64,000 nt of DNA from Planctomycetota bacterium (GTDB lineage Bacteria; Planctomycetota; UBA1135; UBA2386): positions 7,800 to 71,799 of the forward strand of contig DASVAL010000017.1 in NCBI GenBank assembly GCA_036376355.1, written 5' to 3'. The notes beneath the pieces are model-generated. The model had not been told where the DNA came from. It ran no database searches and saw only the letters and a program-made list of their open reading frames with translations. Position numbers and translations under genes: made by a program. Shown piece by piece: positions 17,092-25,883 of the stretch. The stretch's first letter is position 1. Each line of letters begins with the position of its first letter.

Positions 17092-18672
17092 GTGAGAAAG
17101 CGCCCTGACCCCGTGCGGCTCGAGGTGTTCCATCACCTCGTGAGCGCCTTCTGCGAGGAGGCGGGTGCGCGCCTGCAGTGCAGCGCGGTCAGCACGAACA
17201 TCCGCGAGCGGCGCGACTTCTCGGTGGCGGTCTTCGACCGCGATGGCGCGCTGCTGGCGCAGGCGGCCCACATCCCCGTGCACCTCGGCAGCGCTGGCGA
17301 CGCGGTCGCGGCCGTGCGCGCGGCGATGCCCCTTTTGCCCGGCGACGTGGCGATCCTGAACGATCCCTACATGGGCGGCACGCACCTGCCCGACGTGACG
17401 ATGGTGCGCCCCGTCTTTCTCGGTGACCGGCTCGGCGCTTCGCGGCGTCCCGAGTGGTTCCTCTGCAATCGTGCGCACCACGCGGACATCGGCGGCAGCA
17501 CGCCGGGCTCGATGGGTATCGCGGCCGACCTCTACTCCGAAGGCCTGATCATCCCGCCCGTGCTGCTGCGGCAGCGCGGCCGCCTGCAGTCCGATCTGCT
17601 GCGCCTGTTCTCGCGCAACGTGCGCGGCTCCGAGGAGCGGCTCGTCGACCTGCGCGCGCAGGAAGCGAGCCTCGCACAGCTCGAGCAGCGCCTCGTCGCG
17701 TTCGCGCGCGAGACCGGACTCGCTTCGGTGCGGCAGACGTCGGCGCAGCTGCTCGACTACACGGAACGCGCGGGGCGCAGCATGCTGCGCGGACTGCGTC
17801 GCGGCGTGTTCACCGCCGAGGATCACCTCGAAGGCGACGGCTTCGGCAGCGGGCCGCTGCGCATCGCGCTGCGGCTGCACCTCACGGGTGAGAGCGCGAC
17901 GTTCGACTGGCGCGCTTGCAGCGACCAGGCGCGCGGCGGCGTGAACGCGAACCGCAGCGTCGTGCTCGCCGCGTCGGTCTACGCGCTGCGTTGCCTGTGC
18001 GCGGACCGGCTGCCGACCAACGACGGCCTGTTCCGCCTGATCACGCTGCAGCTGCGCCCCGGCAGCCTCGTCGATCCGAAGCTGCCCGCACCCGTGGCCG
18101 GCGGCAACGTCGAGACGAGCCAGCGCCTCGTCGACGTCGCGTTCGCTGCACTCGCGAAGGCCGCACCGGACCGCGTTGCCGCGGCGTCGGCGGGAACGAT
18201 GAGCAACCTCTCGTTCGGCGGCGTCACGGCGGACGGCTTCGAGTTCGCGAGCTACGAGACGCTGCCCGGTGGTGCCGGCGCGAGCCCGAAGGCCGCGGGC
18301 CAGGCGGCGATCCAGACGCACATGACGAATACGCGCAACACGCCGGTCGAGGAGATCGAGCACCGCTATCCGGTGCGCGTGCGCTCCCTGTCCGTGCGGC
18401 GCGGCAGCGGGGGGCGCGGCGCGCGCGCTGGCGGCGACGGTCTCGTGAAGTCGTTCGAGGCGCTGCAGTCGCTGCGCGTCTCGTTCCTCGGCGAACGGCA
18501 CGAAGGCGGGCCGCCGGGCCTCGCCGGCGGTCGCGCGGGCAAGCCCGGCAGCCTGTTGCGCGTGCGGCGTGGACGCTCCGAGCGGATGGCCGCGAAGTCG
18601 ACCTTCGCGCTCGATCCCGGCGAGGTCCTCGTCGTCGAGACCCCGGGTGGGGGAGGTCATGGCAGGCGGTAG
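17092..18672 (+). CDS. hyuB: Hydantoinase B / oxoprolinase family protein
   Basis: The N-terminus DPVRLEVFHHLVSAFCEEAG is typical of the family. Other family segments are ERRDFSVAVFD, DPYMGGTHLPDVT and GGGHG at the C-terminus. The GTG start at 17092 is preferred over GTG at 17014. No HyuA partner is present in the window. Confidence 0.8.
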   Translation: MRKRPDPVRLEVFHHLVSAFCEEAGARLQCSAVSTNIRERRDFSVAVFDRDGALLAQAAHIPVHLGSAGDAVAAVRAAMPLLPGDVAILNDPYMGGTHLPDVTMVRPVFLGDRLGASRRPEWFLCNRAHHADIGGSTPGSMGIAADLYSEGLIIPPVLLRQRGRLQSDLLRLFSRNVRGSEERLVDLRAQEASLAQLEQRLVAFARETGLASVRQTSAQLLDYTERAGRSMLRGLRRGVFTAEDHLEGDGFGSGPLRIALRLHLTGESATFDWRACSDQARGGVNANRSVVLAASVYALRCLCADRLPTNDGLFRLITLQLRPGSLVDPKLPAPVAGGNVETSQRLVDVAFAALAKAAPDRVAAASAGTMSNLSFGGVTADGFEFASYETLPGGAGASPKAAGQAAIQTHMTNTRNTPVEEIEHRYPVRVRSLSVRRGSGGRGARAGGDGLVKSFEALQSLRVSFLGERHEGGPPGLAGGRAGKPGSLLRVRRGRSERMAAKSTFALDPGEVLVVETPGGGGHGRR

Positions 18673-19078
18673 CGCACGCCGCGCGCAAATGGCGGCGTGC
18701 ACGCTGCTCGCAGCGTGCGCAGCGGTCGCCTACAGCCCGCTGCCCGTGGACCTCGGCGGACAGCTGCCGCCCGACGCCTACGGTCGCTGCAAGGAAGTCC
18801 TCGAGGGCCTCGGCGCGCTCGAGGTCGACGACGAGAAGGCCTTCCTGCTTCGCACGGCTTGGTATCCGGTCGACGACCCGCTCGGCGAACGGCGCGCGGC
18901 CGTGTTCCGCGACGACGATCCGTTCGCGGGGCCCGACCTCGCGGTCGTCGTCGAGTTCCGCCGCCCGTCGCTGCCGCTGTTCGGCCTGCCCGAGTGGTCG
19001 TCGCCGCGCGGCGATGCCGCCGCCGAGCGCGAACTCGTCGAATCGCTGCGCCAGGCTCTCACGGCCTCGCGATTCTGA
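18659..19078 (+). CDS. Putative lipoprotein, hypothetical
   Basis: ATG at 18659 is preceded by GGGGGAGG. A lipobox-like LLAAC is present. The gene overlaps the hyuB 3' end by 14 nt. Confidence 0.55.
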   Translation: MAGGSARRAQMAACTLLAACAAVAYSPLPVDLGGQLPPDAYGRCKEVLEGLGALEVDDEKAFLLRTAWYPVDDPLGERRAAVFRDDDPFAGPDLAVVVEFRRPSLPLFGLPEWSSPRGDAAAERELVESLRQALTASRF

Positions 19079-20078
19079 GCGACGCCAACACGCGCTCGAG
19101 ACGCGGGTCGTGCGGCCACCGGCCGAAAGCGCGCCGGATCAGGGCCGTCGCCGCGTGCCACTGGTCGCGCGCTTCGAGCAGTCGCGCGCGGGCGAGCGTG
19201 CTCGCGATCGGATCGGCCGCGGCGAGCCGCCGGCCCGCGCGCAGGGCCCGCATGGCTGCGCCCAGGTCCGACTCGGCGAGGCAGGCCTCGAACAACCACA
19301 GCCAGGCCCCGGGGGCGGCCGGATGGAGGCGCGTCGCCTGTTCGAGCAGACGCCGCGGCGCCCGCGCGTCGAGGCGCGGCCGGCGCACCCACTCGCGCAG
19401 CAGGCGGCGCACGGCGAGCGTCGATTGCCCCACGCGGAAGTGAGCGGCGATGCGGCGGATGCGGCGCAGGCGTCCGCGCGGGTCCGGGGCAGCATGCCGG
19501 CGCGCGAGCGGGCCCACGACGCCCTGGTCGCGCAGCAGGTCTGCAGCGAGCCCGGTCATGGCCTCGGCGAGCCGCAGGCGCCAGAACGCGAGGTATTGCT
19601 CGTCGCAGCCGAGGTCGGTCGCGAGCGCCTCGAGCTCCTGCCGCAGCCGGCGCATCACGACGCCGTCGCTGGCGGCCGTCGCCGTGAGGTTCAAGCGGCC
19701 ATTGACCATGGCGACGACCTGCGGGCGCGAGACCAGGCCGGTCTCGGCGGGAATCGGATGGCTGGCGGCCGCCGGGGACGCATCGGGCAGTGGTGTGCAT
19801 TGGTTCCGGCCCAGCCGGTGGTGGTAGATCCAGCGCTCGGCGGCGCGCAGCCAACGCGCGTGCCGCTGCGAGGGTGGCAGGTGCACGACCGTGTTCGCGT
19901 GCAACAAGCAGTCGACCGCAAGCTCCTGGTGCAGCTCGTCGGTCAGGTCCGGGAGCTGGCCACGCGCCAGGCCCTTCCAGCCTGCGATCCGCCGCAGCGC
20001 GCCTGGCAGGATCCGCTGACAGAAAACTTCGAGGAGGGCCAGCGCCTCCAACCGCCTCTTCTGCTCGTCGATGTTCAT
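19059..20078 (-). CDS. Hypothetical protein, helical and possibly TPR-like at the C-terminus
   Basis: ATG at 20078 has GGAGG about 7 nt upstream on the minus strand. The sequence MNIDEQKRRLEALALLEVF... is not a GC artefact. No family was recognised with confidence. Confidence 0.55.
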   Translation of the reverse strand: MNIDEQKRRLEALALLEVFCQRILPGALRRIAGWKGLARGQLPDLTDELHQELAVDCLLHANTVVHLPPSQRHARWLRAAERWIYHHRLGRNQCTPLPDASPAAASHPIPAETGLVSRPQVVAMVNGRLNLTATAASDGVVMRRLRQELEALATDLGCDEQYLAFWRLRLAEAMTGLAADLLRDQGVVGPLARRHAAPDPRGRLRRIRRIAAHFRVGQSTLAVRRLLREWVRRPRLDARAPRRLLEQATRLHPAAPGAWLWLFEACLAESDLGAAMRALRAGRRLAAADPIASTLARARLLEARDQWHAATALIRRAFGRWPHDPRLERVLASLRIARP

Positions 20079-20218
20079 CGGTCGCCTCCGCTGTGCATCT
20101 AGTGTGTGAGCGGAGGCAACCGGGCCCGCCGGTCGGGCGAGAAAGGGTGAGAAGGGAAGAGGGTGAACGCCGGAAGGGCGGTGGTATGCTGTCGGGCTTT
20201 TTTTCGGCAAGACGATCC

Positions 20219-21490
20219 ATGCCCACAACGTGTGTCGTTGGCATCCTCTGGGGCGACGAAGGCAAGGGCAAAGTCATCGACTTCCTCGCCGCCGAGACCG
20301 ACTTCGTCGTGCGGTTCGGCGGTGGCCACAACGCCGGCCACACGCTCGTGCTGCCTTCGGGCAAGCTCGTGCTGAACCTCGTGCCTTCGGGCATCGTGCA
20401 TTCGCACACCGTGAACGTGATCGGCAACGGCGTCGTGGTCGACCCGATCCACCTGTGCGCCGAGATCGACAAGCTCCGCGAGCGCGGGCTCGAGATCGAG
20501 CTCGGGCGCAACCTGCTCGTCAGCGAACGCGCGCACGTGATCGTCGAAGCGCACCGGCGGCAGGATCAGTGGGCCGAGAACCTGCGCGGCAGCGGCAAGA
20601 TCGGGACGACGGGGCGCGGCATCGGGCCGGCCTACGCGGACCGCTGCAGCCGCGTCGGCCTGCGCATGGGCGACCTGCTGCGCAAGGGGCGGCTCGAGCA
20701 GACGCTGCGCGTGCTGGCCGAGCAGAAGAACGCCTGGTTCACGGCCGCCGGCCTGCAGCCGATCGACGTCGCCGCGATGGTGCGCGAGCTCGCTGCCGCC
20801 GGCGACAAGCTGCGGTCGGGCATCGTCGACACGGGTGCCATGCTGCGCGCGGCCCACGAGGCCGGCAAGCGCATCCTGCTCGAAGGCGCGCAGGGTTGTC
20901 TGCTCGACGTCGAGCAGGGCACGTACCCGTTCGTGACGAGCTCGCATGCCAGCACGGGGGGTGCCTTCAACGGCACGGGCCTGCCGCCGCACGCCTTGCG
21001 CGTGATAGGCATCGCGAAGGCCTACGCTACGCGCGTCGGCGAAGGGCCGTTCCCGACCGAGCTGAAGGACGACCTCGGCAATCGCCTGCGCACTGCCGGC
21101 AACGAGTACGGCTCGACGACGGGCCGGCCGCGGCGGTGCGGTTGGTTCGACACGGTCGCCGTGCGCTACTCGGGCGCGGTCTCGGGTGCCACCGAGCTCG
21201 TGATGACGAACCTCGACGTGCTGCGCGGCTTCTCGCCGCTGCGCCTCTGCGTTGCGTACCGGCTGCCAGACGGCCGGGCTACGACGGAGCTGCCCGCGTT
21301 CGACCTCGACGGCGTCGTGCCGGAGTTCCTCGACCTGCCGGGCTTCGACCAGGACTTGCGCGCGGTGCGCCGGTTCGAGGATCTGCCGCAGCGGGCGCAG
21401 GCCTACGTGCAAGCCGTCGAGAAGCACAGCGGCCTCGGGATCCGCACGATCTCGGTCGGGCCGGAACGGGAGCAATTGATCCTGCGGTGA
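20219..21490 (+). CDS. purA: Adenylosuccinate synthetase
   Basis: GILWGDEGKGKVIDFL (P-loop), GGGHNAGHT, GTTGRGIGPAY and GSTTGRPRRCGWFD are all present. Confidence 0.95.
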   Translation: MPTTCVVGILWGDEGKGKVIDFLAAETDFVVRFGGGHNAGHTLVLPSGKLVLNLVPSGIVHSHTVNVIGNGVVVDPIHLCAEIDKLRERGLEIELGRNLLVSERAHVIVEAHRRQDQWAENLRGSGKIGTTGRGIGPAYADRCSRVGLRMGDLLRKGRLEQTLRVLAEQKNAWFTAAGLQPIDVAAMVRELAAAGDKLRSGIVDTGAMLRAAHEAGKRILLEGAQGCLLDVEQGTYPFVTSSHASTGGAFNGTGLPPHALRVIGIAKAYATRVGEGPFPTELKDDLGNRLRTAGNEYGSTTGRPRRCGWFDTVAVRYSGAVSGATELVMTNLDVLRGFSPLRLCVAYRLPDGRATTELPAFDLDGVVPEFLDLPGFDQDLRAVRRFEDLPQRAQAYVQAVEKHSGLGIRTISVGPEREQLILR

Positions 21491-22224
21491 GCACGAAGAA
21501 GCAGACGCAGAAGCAGAGCGACCTGATCGTGCCGCGCAGCCTGGCGATCATCATGGACGGCAACGGCCGTTGGGCGAAGCAGGCCGGCCTCGAGCGATTC
21601 CGCGGCCACGAGAAGGGCATCGATGCCGTGCGCACGACGGTGACCGAGTGTGTGCGGCACGGCGTCGGCGCGCTCGTGCTCTACGCGTTCTCGGAGGAGA
21701 ACTGGCAGCGGCCGCGGCGCGAGATCGACCTGCTGTTCAAGCTGCTGAAGCGCTTCCTCGTCGAAGAGCGCCCGACGCTGATGAAGAACGGTGTGCGCCT
21801 GCTGCACTCTGGCCGGACCGCGCGGCTCTCGCCGGACGTCAAGCAGCTGCTCGACGAGACGATCGCGATGACCGCCGCGAACACCGGCATGCGGCTCAGC
21901 CTCGCGATCAGCTACGGCGGCCGCCAGGAGCTCGTCGACGTGATGCAGGCGATCGCGGCGCGCGTGCAGGCCGGGACGCTGCGGCCCGAAGCGATCGACG
22001 AGAACGTGATCCGGCAGCACCTCTACCAGCCGGACCTGCCGGATCCCGACCTGCTCATCCGCACGGCCGGCGAGAAGCGCCTCAGCAACTTCCTGCTCTG
22101 GCAGATGAGCTACGCGGAGATCCACACGAGCGACGTCTGCTGGCCGGACTTCGGCAAGGAGCACCTCGAAGCCGCGTTCCGCGACTACGGTTCCCGCGTG
22201 CGCAAGTTCGGGAAGGTGCTGTGA
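21487..22224 (+). CDS. uppS: Undecaprenyl-diphosphate synthase (isoprenyl transferase)
   Basis: LAIIMDGNGRWA, FSEENWQRP and RTAGEKRLSNFLLWQMSYAE are present. The GTG start overlaps the purA stop (GTGA at 21487-21490). Confidence 0.95.
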   Translation: MSTKKQTQKQSDLIVPRSLAIIMDGNGRWAKQAGLERFRGHEKGIDAVRTTVTECVRHGVGALVLYAFSEENWQRPRREIDLLFKLLKRFLVEERPTLMKNGVRLLHSGRTARLSPDVKQLLDETIAMTAANTGMRLSLAISYGGRQELVDVMQAIAARVQAGTLRPEAIDENVIRQHLYQPDLPDPDLLIRTAGEKRLSNFLLWQMSYAEIHTSDVCWPDFGKEHLEAAFRDYGSRVRKFGKVL

Positions 22225-22241
22225 ATCGGAGGATGTCGTGA

Positions 22242-23090
22242 ATGGGTGAGTTCCGGACGCGCGCCGTCCTGGCGCCCTCGATGCTGGCGCTGATCGCGTT
22301 GATCTACTGGCTCGACGTCAGCGGTGCGCTCGGGACGAGGCAGGGGGTGCTGTCCACGTGCCTGCTCGCGCTGCTCGGCTTCGGCGGCGTCATCGAGTAC
22401 GTGCAGCTGCTGCGCGGCGGTGGGTTCGCGGTCGCCAACGCGCCGCTGCTGGTCGTCTCCATCGCGCTGTTCGTCAGCGCGTTTCCGTTCGGCTGGCACC
22501 AGCTCGACAAGGAGCTCTACCCGCTCGTGCTCGCGACGCTGTTGCTGCTGTTCCCGCTCGCGGTGCGCTCGCTCGGCCGCGAGGACATGCGCGTCGGGCT
22601 CGAGACGCAGGGGGCCACGCTGCTCGGCTTCATCTTCATCGCGTGGCCGATGTACCTCGCGATGGGAACCTGCCTGCGCTGCCTGCCTTCGGTGCTGTTC
22701 GTCGTGCTCGTCTGCAAGGGCGGCGACATCGGCGGCTACTGCACGGGCCGGTTGTTCGGGCGCACGAAGCTGATCCCGCACATCAGTCCAGGCAAGACGG
22801 TGGAGGGTGCCGCTGGCAGCCTGCTGTTCTCGGTGGTGCTCGCGGTGCTGCTGCGCGGGCCGCTGCTCGAGCCTGCCGTCGTGCTGTCGTTGCCGGCAGC
22901 GCTCGGCGTCGGCATCGTGTTGAACTTCACCACGCAGACCGGCGACCTGATCGAGTCGCTGCTGAAGCGACGCTGTGGCGCAAAGGACTCTTCGCGGCTC
23001 TTGCCTGCGCACGGCGGGATCCTCGACCTGGTCGACAGCCTGCTGTTCTCGTTCTGCGCCTGGTTCCTGATCCTCGTCTGGCTGACTTGA
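22242..23090 (+). CDS. cdsA: Phosphatidate cytidylyltransferase
   Basis: The protein is polytopic. It carries the CDS signature (SPGKTVEGAAGS ... LIESLLKRRCGAKDSSRLLPAHGGILDLVDS). Confidence 0.9.
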   Translation: MGEFRTRAVLAPSMLALIALIYWLDVSGALGTRQGVLSTCLLALLGFGGVIEYVQLLRGGGFAVANAPLLVVSIALFVSAFPFGWHQLDKELYPLVLATLLLLFPLAVRSLGREDMRVGLETQGATLLGFIFIAWPMYLAMGTCLRCLPSVLFVVLVCKGGDIGGYCTGRLFGRTKLIPHISPGKTVEGAAGSLLFSVVLAVLLRGPLLEPAVVLSLPAALGVGIVLNFTTQTGDLIESLLKRRCGAKDSSRLLPAHGGILDLVDSLLFSFCAWFLILVWLT

Positions 23091-23108
23091 GCGTAGACTC
23101 GCGGCCTC

Positions 23109-24080
23109 ATGAGCGACGCGGACACCAGCATTCCCGTGCAGTCGGTCGACGAGGCCAGGACGCTGCTCGGTCCCCTGGACAGCAACGCCCGTCTGATCCG
23201 CGAACTGCACGGCGTCAACGTGCTGGCGCGCGACGGCAGCCTGCGCCTGCTCGGCGACGCGGCGCACGTGCAGCTCGTGCAACAGGTGCTCGAAGAGTGC
23301 CTCGCGGTGCTGCGCGCCGGCCGCCAGCTCGGCACGCAGGACGTGGCGGCACAGCTGCGTGCGAAGCTCGGCCCTGACGCGCTCGCCGACGGTGCCGCCG
23401 CGGCCGAACGCAACGCGCCTAAGTCCGTCAACGGCCTCGTGCGGCCGCGGACCGCCGGGCAGGCGCGTTACCTCGAGTGCATGGAGGCCTTCGACGTCGT
23501 GTTCGCGGTCGGTCCCGCGGGCACGGGCAAGACGTTCCTCGCGGTCGCGAAGGCCATCGAGATGATGAAGCGCGGCGTCGTGCGCCGCATCGTGCTGGTC
23601 CGGCCAGCCGTCGAGGCCGGTGAGAAACTCGGCTTCCTGCCCGGCGACTTCCAGGCCAAGATCGATCCGTACCTGCGGCCGATGTACGACGCGCTGCAGG
23701 ACCTGCTCGACGCGCGCACGCGCACTCGCTGGCTCGAGAGCGACGTCGTCGAGGTCTGTCCGCTCGCGTTCATGCGTGGCCGCACGCTGAACCGCGCGTT
23801 CGTGATCCTCGACGAGGCGCAGAACACGACGGTGCCGCAGATGCTGATGTTCCTGACGCGGCTCGGCGAGGGCTCGCGCATGGTCGTCACGGGCGATCCG
23901 TCGCAGGTCGACCTGCCGGGCAACGTGACCTCTGGCCTCGGCGACGCGTGGCGCAAGCTCAAGACCGTCGAGGGCATCGGTCAGGTGCAGCTCGATGCGA
24001 GCGACGTCGTGCGGCACCAGGTCGTGAGCCGCATCGTGACGGCCTACGAGAGCGCGAACCAGGCGAAGCCGCGCGCATGA
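23109..24080 (+). CDS. phoH: PhoH-like ATPase
   Basis: Walker A ([12 protein letters not shown]), ILDEAQN and the PhoH family C-terminus are present. The position upstream of ybeY is conserved synteny. Confidence 0.9.
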   Translation: MSDADTSIPVQSVDEARTLLGPLDSNARLIRELHGVNVLARDGSLRLLGDAAHVQLVQQVLEECLAVLRAGRQLGTQDVAAQLRAKLGPDALADGAAAAERNAPKSVNGLVRPRTAGQARYLECMEAFDVVFAVGPAGTGKTFLAVAKAIEMMKRGVVRRIVLVRPAVEAGEKLGFLPGDFQAKIDPYLRPMYDALQDLLDARTRTRWLESDVVEVCPLAFMRGRTLNRAFVILDEAQNTTVPQMLMFLTRLGEGSRMVVTGDPSQVDLPGNVTSGLGDAWRKLKTVEGIGQVQLDASDVVRHQVVSRIVTAYESANQAKPRA

Positions 24081-24628
24081 AGCCAGTGCGGCGGCGGCCC
24101 CCGAAGAAGGCGTCCGCCGGGCGGGGCAGGCCGAAGCCAGCGGCTGCGCAAGTGCCTGCTCCGGGGCCGGTTCCGGCCCGCCGCGCGCGAGCAAGCCGGG
24201 CTGCGCCGGACCTCTCCGTCTGCGACCGCTGGCGTCCTCGCACGAGCCTCGCGTTCCTGCGCGAGGTCGTTCGCACGACGCTGTCGTTCCTCGCGCGACC
24301 GGCGATGCCCGTGTCGCTGCTGCTGACCGACGACGCGGAGATCACACGGCTGCACGCGCGTCACCTCGGCGATCCGACGCCGACCGACGTGATCTCGTTC
24401 GAGGTCGATGGTGGTGCCGAGATCGCGATCAGCGTCGAGACCGCGTTGCGCACTGCGCGACAGCACGGGCACTCGCCGCGCGCCGAGGTCGCGCTCTACG
24501 TCGTGCACGGCCTGCTGCACACGAGCGGCTTCGACGACATCCGCGCGCGCGATCGTGCGCGCATGCGTGCTGCAGAGCGCACCGTGATGCAGCGACTGCG
24601 ACTGCGTGTGCACGCAGTCGATGCGTGA
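24077..24628 (+). CDS. ybeY: rRNA maturation endoribonuclease YbeY with a basic N-terminal extension
   Basis: PTDVISFE and HGLLHTSGFDD (the zinc His motif) are present. ATG overlaps the phoH stop (ATGA). About 50 N-terminal residues are Arg/Pro/Lys/Ala-rich. Confidence 0.85.
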   Translation: MKPVRRRPPKKASAGRGRPKPAAAQVPAPGPVPARRARASRAAPDLSVCDRWRPRTSLAFLREVVRTTLSFLARPAMPVSLLLTDDAEITRLHARHLGDPTPTDVISFEVDGGAEIAISVETALRTARQHGHSPRAEVALYVVHGLLHTSGFDDIRARDRARMRAAERTVMQRLRLRVHAVDA

Positions 24629-24629
24629 G

Positions 24630-24653
24630 CGACGCGGGTGCGCACTCGCGTCG
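24630..24653 (+). terminator. Hairpin immediately after ybeY
   Basis: The hairpin is CGACGCG-ggtgcgcact-CGCGTCG, a 7-bp stem. There is no U-tract. Confidence 0.3.
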
Positions 24654-24966
24654 TGCGCGAAGAAGTCAAGTGGAAGAAGCAGCTCGAGTGAAGAAGTCGC
24701 GTGTGCAGCGTTGCGCGACAGGCCTCGTTGGTGTTAGCCTTCCGCGCGTCGGTTCGCACCTTTGATTCCTTCGTGACGATCGCTGCTCGACGCGACGCCG
24801 CACGGCGTGGTGAGTGAGCAGTCAGTCGCTGAGAGCAAGTCGCCAAGAGACTGGCCCGCGGCAGTCACTCTGTGTGCTGTGCAGGCGACTCTCGGCGTGG
24901 CGCGATCGACGCAGGACCCCAGAGGTGCGTGGCGACGTTCGTACCCCAGATGGGCTCGGTCAGTAC

Positions 24967-25800
24967 ATGGTGAGCAACCCCGTAGGTCGTGGGCAAGGCC
25001 GCTTGCGCGGTGAGCCCGCATCTGCGCAGAACCGAACGCAAAGCGGCGGTGCGCGGCGTTCGTCGCCGGCCGACGACTCGACCGAAGAGCTGCTGCGGCG
25101 TTATCGCCAGCGCGGCTCGACAGCGCTGCGCGATCGCGTCGTCGAGCGCCACCGCGCGATCGTCGAGTCGATGGCGTTCGGATTCGCGACGCGGCTGCCG
25201 CCGAGCGTCGACGCGCAGGACCTCGTGCACGCGGGCATGTGGGGCCTGATGCAGGCGATCGCTTCCTACCAGCCCGAGCGCTGTGACCAGTTCCAGGCGT
25301 TCATGCGCATCCGTGTGCGCGGCGCGATGCTGGACGAGCTGCGCCACATGGACTTCCTGCCGCGCCTGTTCCGCCGCCGGCTGCGCGAACGCGACGCCGT
25401 GCGCGCGCGGCTCTGCATGGAGCTCGAGCGCGAGCCGACCGAGGGCGAGCTCGCGTCGGCGCTGGGCATCACGCAGGTGGCGCTGCTGCGCCGCTGCGAG
25501 CCTGCTGTCTTGCGCGGTGAGCGCGGCCCCGAAGGTGAGTCCGAAGTGGACCAGGTCGAGCAGCTTCCCGACGACGCGACGGAATCGCCGATCGAGGTGA
25601 TCACGCGGCAGGAGCTGATGGAGATGATCCGCGCTAGCCTCGAGCCGGTGGAGTGGAAGGTGCTGAAGCTGCACTACCTCGACGGGCTGACCGGCAAGCA
25701 GGTCGCGCAGAAGCTCCGGCTCTCCGCGTCGCGCATCTGCCAGATCCACGGTCGTGTGCTCGACCGTCTGAAGGCGCAGCTGACGACCGCGCTGGTGTGA
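24967..25800 (+). CDS. RNA polymerase sigma factor, sigma-70 family, FliA/WhiG-like
   Basis: Region 2 is DLVHAGMWGLMQAIASYQPERCDQFQAFMRIRVRGAMLDELR. The region 4 HTH is LTGKQVAQKLRLSASRICQIHGRVLDRLK. ATG at 24967. Confidence 0.8.
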   Translation: MVSNPVGRGQGRLRGEPASAQNRTQSGGARRSSPADDSTEELLRRYRQRGSTALRDRVVERHRAIVESMAFGFATRLPPSVDAQDLVHAGMWGLMQAIASYQPERCDQFQAFMRIRVRGAMLDELRHMDFLPRLFRRRLRERDAVRARLCMELEREPTEGELASALGITQVALLRRCEPAVLRGERGPEGESEVDQVEQLPDDATESPIEVITRQELMEMIRASLEPVEWKVLKLHYLDGLTGKQVAQKLRLSASRICQIHGRVLDRLKAQLTTALV

Positions 25801-25883
25801 ATCCCCCGTCGCCGCGGGGCGCCGCGGGGCGGATTAGCCGGCAAACCGCGCTTGCAGCCGCGCGATCGCAGCGACGCCGGCGC

